NCBI GenBank assembly: GCA_965277405.1
Contig: OZ255726.1
Coordinates: 832,001-896,000 of the forward strand
Direction: 5' to 3'
Length of the DNA: 64,000 nt
Source of the DNA: Gammaproteobacteria bacterium
GTDB taxonomy: Bacteria; Pseudomonadota; Gammaproteobacteria; G965277405
Each line of letters opens with the position of its first letter. Position 1 is the stretch's first letter. Positions 55,634 through 64,000 of this stretch are shown in pieces. Position numbers and translations under genes: made by a program. The notes below the pieces were generated by a model. That model was not told the DNA's origin. It ran no database searches and saw only the letters and a list, made by a program, of their open reading frames with translations.

Positions 55634-56333
55634 ACAAAAACTCCGACACTGTATGTTGTTGATTATGTTGTTGATTATGTTGTTGATTTTTCTCTACCAG
55701 TTTTTTTTCACAGTAACAGCGCCATTCTTGAAAGCGTTCTGGTGCTTGTTGTAGCGCTTTGATCAGATCGTCGCTGTGGTCAATGTCCAGCGCAAGGTGG
55801 GTAAAATGCAAATAACTACAAGAAAAGCGATGCGCCAAAGCATTGGCATGATGCGCCAGCGCTGACTGATCCCCGTACTCAAATTCAATGGCGTCTGGCG
55901 GAGAAGTCAGCAAGGCATTTGTCCCGCCGTCTGTTGCCGCCGCAATCACGACTTGGGCATCCTCAGCTGTGTAGATCAGTTCTTCGATTTCCTGATGGTC
56001 GAGTACCGCAATATCCGCTGGAACAATTAGTTGGCGCGCGTAGCCTGCTTGCTTTACCCAATTACAGGCAAAGCCCAATGCGCCATTCAAACCAGTTGAG
56101 CTATCATTGAATAAGGCATTTGCCCCATAATCTCTGGCAAGGCTTAGTATCTGCGGGGATTCAGTCACTACCACAACATCTGCGGTGGGGAAGTGGTGCT
56201 GGAAAAATAATAGCGTGTTTTTAAATAAACTTAATGCCAGGCTTGCGCGCGCGGCATCTGACAAGATAGCGGCTAATCTGCGCTTGGAGCGTTGCGGCGC
56301 TTTCATCGGCACAACTACACAGAGATTATTCAT
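55626..56333 (-). CDS. cofC: F420 guanylyltransferase
   Basis: VVPMK..SKRRL, GLNGAL, PADI, GGTNAL, LDID. Confidence 0.9.
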   Translation of the reverse strand: MNNLCVVVPMKAPQRSKRRLAAILSDAARASLALSLFKNTLLFFQHHFPTADVVVVTESPQILSLARDYGANALFNDSSTGLNGALGFACNWVKQAGYARQLIVPADIAVLDHQEIEELIYTAEDAQVVIAAATDGGTNALLTSPPDAIEFEYGDQSALAHHANALAHRFSCSYLHFTHLALDIDHSDDLIKALQQAPERFQEWRCYCEKKLVEKNQQHNQQHNQQHTVSEFLYG

Positions 56334-57292
56334 TAAGCAGCCCTGTATTGCTGGCGCGACATGGCAAACTCGACCACTTGGGTTAACAGACGACTTTTAT
56401 CTTGTGTGGAATTCATCAAGGTCGGGGTCACCAAGGTATCTAAACCTTGTTGGTTGAGCCAAGTTGCTTCTCCGCTGTCTTCACGGTCAATTACCATGCC
56501 GTCTAACAACGTCGAATAACACTGGTAAATTCCTTTAGAGTCGACGCTTTTCCCTGTATTTTTGAGCATTTTATCCGCCGGACCTTTAACAGTTTTCCCT
56601 CCAATCAAAGGAGATACAGCTATCACATACGCCTTACTTTCTTCAATTGATGTTTGAATATCTGCGATGGCAAGAATGGCGCCAATACTGACAATAGGGT
56701 TACTTGGAGCAATGATAATAATGTCACTTTTTGCTATCTGCTCGATGGCGCTCGATGTGGCTGTTGCGGTTTCGACACCTGCATACTGGATTGCCAGCAC
56801 ATCAGGTCGGCAATGCTCGCGTACAAAATATTGTTGGAAAGATAGCCAGCCAGCAGCAGTTTTTATTCGGGTTTTCACCACATCATCAGTGGGTAATAAG
56901 ATAGTCAACGCGACACCATGGCGTTGGGACAAACGCTGGGTGATATCACTGGCGCTAACCCCCTGCTTTTTTAATTCTGTCCGAAAAATATGCGTGGCAA
57001 AATCTAAATCACCCAAGGTCATCCACGTATCCTGCCCTAAGGCGTTGAGCTCGGTTAGTACGCGGTGGGTTTCATGCGCCCGACCCCACCCTTGCTCGCG
57101 GTCAACCTGATTTCCTAGGGAATAAATCAGCGTGTCTACATCAGGCGACACCCATAGACCATGGAATTCATCATCGTCGCCAATGTTGGCAATGATTTTG
57201 GTCGCGTCGGCGTATTTGCTCGCGGCTAACCCTTCTGCGGCTTTTGCCCCACCAATGCCACCGGCTAATAAGGTAATAGTTACACCTAGCAT
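56333..57292 (-). CDS. cofD: 2-phospho-L-lactate transferase
   Basis: LAGGIGGAK, NIGDD, SPDVDT, LGDLD, APSNPIVSI, KGPADK. Confidence 0.94.
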   Translation of the reverse strand: MLGVTITLLAGGIGGAKAAEGLAASKYADATKIIANIGDDDEFHGLWVSPDVDTLIYSLGNQVDREQGWGRAHETHRVLTELNALGQDTWMTLGDLDFATHIFRTELKKQGVSASDITQRLSQRHGVALTILLPTDDVVKTRIKTAAGWLSFQQYFVREHCRPDVLAIQYAGVETATATSSAIEQIAKSDIIIIAPSNPIVSIGAILAIADIQTSIEESKAYVIAVSPLIGGKTVKGPADKMLKNTGKSVDSKGIYQCYSTLLDGMVIDREDSGEATWLNQQGLDTLVTPTLMNSTQDKSRLLTQVVEFAMSRQQYRAA

Positions 57293-58491
57293 GCGCTAAC
57301 TCCTTGAGTCGTAATTCGATGCGTTACCGGCGTCTTGCCATATGCCTTTACTACTGCGTATAGGGTATTACGCTGGATGGGGTCGAGGCCTGCGGCTTGA
57401 ATATTTGTGACCATGTCTTGAGGAAAGACTTCTTGCCCATGAGTTGCCCCCGCCGCGCGGGATATACTTTCATTCATCAAAGTACCGCCTAAGTCATTCG
57501 CCCCAGAACGCAACATTTTGCTGGCGACATCTGCCCCCATTTTTACCCAAGAGGCTTGAATATTGTCGATATATCCTTGCAACATTAAACGCGCAATGGC
57601 GTGCATTTTAAAATGTTCATCGCGGGTTGGACCAGGGCGAACTTTGTCTGGATTATCCAGATACAGGCGTGTTTTATAATGAATAAACCCCAACGGAACG
57701 AATTCAGTAAAACCGCCTGTTGCACGCTGGATATCACGGAGTAGCTCAAGGTGTTTTGCCCAATGAATCGGCTGATCTACATGGCCGTACATGATGGTTG
57801 ACGTTGTCGGCAAACCAACAGAGTGTGCCGCCTTAATAATGCGCACCCATTGTTGCGCCGTTAGTTTGTTCTTGGTTAATTGCTTGCGTACTTCAGTGTC
57901 TAGAATCTCCGCTGCGGTTCCTGGCATTGACCCCAAACCAAGGGACTGCAATTCGGAGATAAAAACTTCTGGCTCTAGGCGTGCTTTTTTGCAGCCATAC
58001 CAAATTTCAAACGGTGAAAAGGCATGGATGTGAATATCAGCAACCCGCTTTTTTACGGCAATCACTAGGTTACGATAATAGTCTGCATCGATGGCAGGAT
58101 GCAGCCCCCCTTGGATGCAGACTTCAGTGGCGTCTCGATACCACGCCTCTTCGGCACGGTCCGCCACCTGTTCAACGGTTAAAAACTCGGCGTCTTTATC
58201 GCCTTTCTGTTTGGCAAAATTGCAGAAACGGCAACCCATATAGCAGACATTGGTAAAGTTGATATTTCTGGTGATAACGAAGGTTCCCGTATTGCCAACA
58301 CGTTGTTCGCGTATTGTATCCGCCGTGGCTAACACAGCCTGCGCCTCAGCGCCTTGGGTGGCAAATAAAACGCAGGCGTCCTTAACACTCAGTTCTTCCC
58401 CACATAACGTTTTTTCTAAAATATCACGCACACGCGAACTAATCACACGCGCACTAATCAGACGCGAACGAATATTGTCGCCAATTAGCAC
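57286..58491 (-). CDS. cofH: FO synthase subunit CofH
   Basis: NINFTNVCYMGCRFC radical SAM, MPGTAAEILD, GGTLMNESISRAAG. Confidence 0.93.
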   Translation of the reverse strand: MLIGDNIRSRLISARVISSRVRDILEKTLCGEELSVKDACVLFATQGAEAQAVLATADTIREQRVGNTGTFVITRNINFTNVCYMGCRFCNFAKQKGDKDAEFLTVEQVADRAEEAWYRDATEVCIQGGLHPAIDADYYRNLVIAVKKRVADIHIHAFSPFEIWYGCKKARLEPEVFISELQSLGLGSMPGTAAEILDTEVRKQLTKNKLTAQQWVRIIKAAHSVGLPTTSTIMYGHVDQPIHWAKHLELLRDIQRATGGFTEFVPLGFIHYKTRLYLDNPDKVRPGPTRDEHFKMHAIARLMLQGYIDNIQASWVKMGADVASKMLRSGANDLGGTLMNESISRAAGATHGQEVFPQDMVTNIQAAGLDPIQRNTLYAVVKAYGKTPVTHRITTQGVSAC

Positions 58492-59633
58492 AGAGGTTCC
58501 ATAGCTAACGGTAATAGGTTACTCGAGCGAGCCGCGCCACTGAGAAGAGACGCGACCCGTGGTAATAACGCTGGGGTTAAATATTTGTGTTGTTGGCGCT
58601 GGAAACGCGGGTAAATAGTCAGGCGTTCTGCCAGGGAGTAACCCAACCCTGCACAGGTCTGTGCCACGCTGCTAATTTGTGGCCAAGCGCGTTCTGGGTT
58701 AATAAAGTCCTTGGTAAGCGGAGAAATACCACCAAAATCATTGATGCCAGCGCTGATATAACTGCCGTATTCTTCTTCCAAATTAGGTGGTGCCTGTATG
58801 CTGATTTCATCGGGTAGGATTAGACGAGCCACCGCAATGGTGCGTTTCATGTCATCGAGCGTCGGCTCACGGCAGCCTGCCATCGCGGTTCGTGCTTTGG
58901 CGCGAAAATTTTGAATAATAACTTCTTGAATATGTCCGTAGGCCAGATGCCGATCGCGGATCGCTATGAGACTATGGATACGCTCTTCCCAAGATTCGCC
59001 AATACCAATCAGAATTCCCGTAGTAAAAGCAATATCCAAACGCCCAGCTTGTTCGATAGTATTGAGCCTGCGTTTTGGTGTTTTATCTGGACAAGCGTGG
59101 TGAGCTTGTCCTTTTTTGAACAAATTCATCGAGAGATTTTCCACCATCATCCCCATGCTCGCAGCAACTGGCTTTAGCCGTTTAAGTTCGTCATAGGAAA
59201 GCGCGCCAGCGTTGACATGGGGCAATAGACTCGTTGCGGTTAACACGCTGGCGCATTGATCGTGCAGATAATCCAAGGTGTTGCTGTACCCGAGGGACGC
59301 GAGTAAGTCCCTGGCTTTTTGGTGGCGTTGTTCAGGGCGCTCGCCCAAACTAAACAAAGCTTCTTTACACGCTAACGCGGCGCCTTCCCGTGCTGTTTTA
59401 AGCACTTGCTCTGGCGTCATGTAATTGGCGTTTGCTGAATCCGCTGCCTGCACAAAGGTGCAATAACCGCAGCTATCACGGCACATATTGGTTAAGGGAA
59501 TAAATACTTTCTTGGAATAAGTTAGTTGTTTACCCCAATAATTATCTCGGAGCTTAGCTGCCTGCTGACAGAGTGCGTATAAGTCTGGACCAGTGGCAAA
59601 CTGATACGCTGCTGCCTCTGCAAAAGAAACCAT
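58485..59633 (-). CDS. cofG: FO synthase subunit CofG
   Basis: YSKKVFIPLTNMCRDSCGYC, QEVIIQNF, QAPPNL, INPERAWP; GAGGGG RBS before ATG 59633. Confidence 0.93.
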   Translation of the reverse strand: MVSFAEAAAYQFATGPDLYALCQQAAKLRDNYWGKQLTYSKKVFIPLTNMCRDSCGYCTFVQAADSANANYMTPEQVLKTAREGAALACKEALFSLGERPEQRHQKARDLLASLGYSNTLDYLHDQCASVLTATSLLPHVNAGALSYDELKRLKPVAASMGMMVENLSMNLFKKGQAHHACPDKTPKRRLNTIEQAGRLDIAFTTGILIGIGESWEERIHSLIAIRDRHLAYGHIQEVIIQNFRAKARTAMAGCREPTLDDMKRTIAVARLILPDEISIQAPPNLEEEYGSYISAGINDFGGISPLTKDFINPERAWPQISSVAQTCAGLGYSLAERLTIYPRFQRQQHKYLTPALLPRVASLLSGAARSSNLLPLAMEPLC

Positions 59634-59741
59634 ACCCCTCCCCACGCGTGAATATAAATTTGATGCTAATGTGTTTCGCAAGGTTAACATAAACCTGATA
59701 ATGTTGGTCGACTTATTTTTGGCGGCCAACAACCCTACAAT

Positions 59742-59785
59742 ATGTTGCAAGCAAATAATCATGATGTTGCAAGCAAATAATCATG
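59742..59785. repeat. Perfect 22-bp tandem duplication in the divergent promoter region
   Basis: ATGTTGCAAGCAAATAATCATG x2. Confidence 0.9.
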
Positions 59786-59957
59786 GCTTGAATTGCTGAA
59801 AATCGATTATACTGCTAGTGTTTAAGGCAGTAATGACTGGTGTTTTTTTGTATTTTTTAAAAAAACAAAATATTAGGTGCTATACTTTATGTCTTACGTT
59901 ACAACCGATAAATCGATACAGTTGCCATTTAGGCATATTAGGCATAAGGGGGGAATA

Positions 59958-61208
59958 ATGCAAAATCTTCGTATTAACGCACAGCGCCTTTGGGACACTT
60001 TAATGGAAATGGGCGAGATTGGTGGCACACAAAAAGGCGGTTGCAATCGACTGGTTGGCACAGATCTAGATAAACAAGCTCGTGATCTTTTTGTTTCTTG
60101 GTGTAAAGACGCTAATTGTGAAATTGAAGTTGATAAAATCGGTAACATCTTTGCACGTCGCCCTGGTAAATATAATGACCTCCCTGCCGTTGTAACTGGC
60201 AGCCATCTAGATACGCAGCCGACTGGAGGCAAATACGACGGCGTATTTGGCGTTTTATCTGGGGTTGAGGTGTTACGCATTCTCCACGAAAACAGCATAC
60301 AAACGCCAACACCCATGGAGTTCACGGTATGGACCAACGAAGAAGGTTCGCGTTTCCAACCTGCCATGCAAGGCTCTGGTACGTATGTGGGGCGTTTTGA
60401 CCTAGCAGATGAGTTGAACAAAACCGATGTTGACGGCATCCGCCTTGGCGATGAGTTGCAACGCATCGGCTACCTAGGTGAGATGGAGTTAGGCAGCCGC
60501 AATATGGGCGCGTTTTTCGAGGTTCACATTGAACAAGGTCCAATTTTAGAAGATGAAAAAAAATCGATCGGTGTAGTGAGACTCGGACAAGGTATTCGCT
60601 GGTATAACATTGAGGTAACTGGTCGCCCGTCGCATTCTGGTACTACGCCAATGCATTTACGCAAAGATGCGATGCTGACGGCAGCATTGGTAGTATCCGA
60701 AACACAAGCGATTGCCAATCGCCATCCAAGTGGGCTTGGCACAGTCGGTTTTATGCAGGTTTGGCCGAACTCCCGCAATACGATTCCAGGTAGTGTGACA
60801 TTTAGTGTTGATTTGCGTAATCCGCTGCCAGAAGTATTATTAGCAATGCATGAAGAGTTGCTAGCTTTCTGTGACGCAACAGCAAGCAACCAAGGTTTAG
60901 ATATCAAAGTAGACCCCTTTTGGTATTTTGCCCCAGTGGAGTTTAAAGCCTCTGACGATGTAAAAGTTGCCGCTGCGAAACTGGGTTACACCCACATGGA
61001 TATTTTCGCAGGTGCTGGCCACGACGCCTGCTATATGGCGGATATAGTGCCGACAGGGATGATATTTACTCCTTGTTTAAACGGTATTAGTCACAACGAG
61101 GCAGAATATACCTCCCCTGAAGAATGCGCCGCAGGAGCAAACGTACTCCTGCATACCATGTTAGAGGCGAGTGAACGGATTGCCAGAGAACAACAAACTA
61201 AAGTCTAG
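59958..61208 (+). CDS. Zn-dependent N-carbamoyl-beta-alanine amidohydrolase (beta-ureidopropionase, M20 family)
   Basis: GSHLDTQPTGGKYDG, NEEGSRF, EVHIEQGP, GAGHDA, SHNEAE. Confidence 0.88.
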   Translation: MQNLRINAQRLWDTLMEMGEIGGTQKGGCNRLVGTDLDKQARDLFVSWCKDANCEIEVDKIGNIFARRPGKYNDLPAVVTGSHLDTQPTGGKYDGVFGVLSGVEVLRILHENSIQTPTPMEFTVWTNEEGSRFQPAMQGSGTYVGRFDLADELNKTDVDGIRLGDELQRIGYLGEMELGSRNMGAFFEVHIEQGPILEDEKKSIGVVRLGQGIRWYNIEVTGRPSHSGTTPMHLRKDAMLTAALVVSETQAIANRHPSGLGTVGFMQVWPNSRNTIPGSVTFSVDLRNPLPEVLLAMHEELLAFCDATASNQGLDIKVDPFWYFAPVEFKASDDVKVAAAKLGYTHMDIFAGAGHDACYMADIVPTGMIFTPCLNGISHNEAEYTSPEECAAGANVLLHTMLEASERIAREQQTKV

Positions 61209-61250
61209 TTTTGAATGATAATTAAACATTAAACAAAGTGGAGAAGCAAT

Positions 61251-62735
61251 ATGACCAGTAAAGCTGTAAACGTAGGTGATTTTTATGAATTAGAGGTTGG
61301 TAACGATCTTAAGCAAAGTACAGCATACAACGACGACTTGGCGCCGACAAAAATAAAACAACGGACTTGGAATAAATGGAATATCGGCGCGTTATGGGTC
61401 GGGATGTCGATTTGTGTACCTACCTATACATTAGGTGGGGTGTTGACCGCCTATTTTGGGCTATCAGTGATGGAGGCCTTGTTGGCAATCCTTATCGCCA
61501 ACATCGTAGTGCTCGTTCCACTCACGTTAAATGCTTACCCAGGCACTAAGTTTGGCATTCCTTTTCCTGTGTTATTGCGGTCGTCATTCGGCGTGGTTGG
61601 CTCTAACATTCCTTGTTTAATCCGCGCTCTCGTCGCTTGTGGCTGGTTTGGCATTCAAACCATGTTCGGCGGTTTAGCGATCCATTTATTCTTATCTGCG
61701 CTTTCAGATGGCTGGGCAAGTCTCGGCGGTTTTGGTGAGGTAATCGGTTTCTTCATTTTTTGGCTACTCAACTTGTACGTGGTCATCCGCGGTGCAGAGT
61801 CGATCAAGTGGATGGAAACCTTGTCCGCGCCGCTGTTGTTAATCGTCGCGATTGGTTTAATGTTCTGGGCAAGCGGGAAAGTATCTTTAATCGAAGTCAT
61901 AACATCACCTGCTAATCGCCCTGCTGACGCTGGCTTTTGGGGTTACTTTTTTAGTGGTATAACGGCTATGGTAGGGTTCTGGGCAACATTATCATTGAAT
62001 ATTCCTGATTTCAGTCGTTACGCAAAATCACAAAAAGATCAGGTTATTGGTCAAATTATCGGGCTACCGCTGACGATGTTCTTTTTCTCAGCTTTAGGCG
62101 TGGTACTAACCGCCGCTTCAATGAGTTTAGTCGGCGAAACAATTGCTGATCCAATTACTTTGATTGGTAAAATAGACAGCCCTTTTTGGGTCGCAACGGC
62201 GATGGTGTTGATCGTTATCGCAACACTTTCAACCAATACGGCAGCCAACATCGTCTCTCCCACCAACGACTTCCAAAACATTGCCCCTAAACACATCAAT
62301 CACTTTCGTGGCGCTGTATTGACAGGCTTAGTCGGTATCGTGCTAATGGGCTGGGAACTGCTGAAAAAAATAGGTTGGTTGACGACTGAGGTAAGTTTAG
62401 AAAGTATGTACTCAAACTGGCTGTTAGGGTATTCCAGTCTACTAGGTCCTATCGCTGGGATCATGATTGTCGACTACTTCCTAATCAAACGTCAGCAATT
62501 GGATTTGGTCGGGTTGTATACCCCAAATAGCGTATACCCTGCTTTTAATAGCTCTGGATTGATCGCTTTTGCCGTACCGGTGGTAATGACATTGATCGCT
62601 TTAAGTTATCCTGCCGTTAATTGGTTCTACAGCTATGGTTGGTTCACGGGAGCATTCACAGGCGCTATCGTGTACTACGTGCTTGCTAAAATGCAAACGT
62701 CTACCTTGAGCCAAGCCACTGCGTTGCCATCTTAA
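61251..62735 (+). CDS. NCS1 nucleobase:cation symporter
   Basis: YNDDLAP, GIPFPVLLRSSFG, WATLSLNIPDFSRY, NTAANIVSP. Confidence 0.93.
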   Translation: MTSKAVNVGDFYELEVGNDLKQSTAYNDDLAPTKIKQRTWNKWNIGALWVGMSICVPTYTLGGVLTAYFGLSVMEALLAILIANIVVLVPLTLNAYPGTKFGIPFPVLLRSSFGVVGSNIPCLIRALVACGWFGIQTMFGGLAIHLFLSALSDGWASLGGFGEVIGFFIFWLLNLYVVIRGAESIKWMETLSAPLLLIVAIGLMFWASGKVSLIEVITSPANRPADAGFWGYFFSGITAMVGFWATLSLNIPDFSRYAKSQKDQVIGQIIGLPLTMFFFSALGVVLTAASMSLVGETIADPITLIGKIDSPFWVATAMVLIVIATLSTNTAANIVSPTNDFQNIAPKHINHFRGAVLTGLVGIVLMGWELLKKIGWLTTEVSLESMYSNWLLGYSSLLGPIAGIMIVDYFLIKRQQLDLVGLYTPNSVYPAFNSSGLIAFAVPVVMTLIALSYPAVNWFYSYGWFTGAFTGAIVYYVLAKMQTSTLSQATALPS

Positions 62736-62837
62736 TTAATTTTACTTGTTAGCGTTCTTTTGATAGCTAATGTTTGTATCAAATCATCGCTGATGCAGAT
62801 GTTGTTGCGAAGTGGTTCACTGTTGATTTTAATTTAA

Positions 62838-64000
<1,163 letters not shown>

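Noticed and set aside
59784-59800. Sigma54-like TGGC...TTGC
   Set aside because: GG-to-GC spacing is 8 nt, not the required 10

Overview
Gammaproteobacterial-like chromosome window with heavy IS expansion and pseudogenisation, suggestive of a host-associated lineage (inference). Core genes lie at 1-9.2 kb (smc, waaC, purC, tldD, recJ, fabI, rnfD) and 42-53 kb (hom, rsmJ pseudogene, infA, lepA-lepB-rnc-era, leuS-lptE-holA). Between them is a ~32 kb accessory mosaic. It holds five broken copies of one IS5-family element and a family of ~270-310 bp MITEs with the same terminal IR (GGAAGCTCTGATTAAG). These elements alternate with single-gene cassettes: mmsB, a Panacea TA pair, agmatine deiminase and a pyruvoyl arginine decarboxylase. 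The mosaic also has a ~4.3 kb inverted duplication with two MuF-HExxH genes whose C-terminal domains and coupled downstream partners have diverged (candidate polymorphic toxin/immunity alleles), Mu-like prophage remnants, nested IS elements and tonB-exbD-exbB. The right end (53-64 kb) has a full F420 biosynthesis/recycling operon with an F420-dependent LLM, divergent from a reductive pyrimidine catabolism operon. All calls come from reading the sequence and motifs; no database searches were run.
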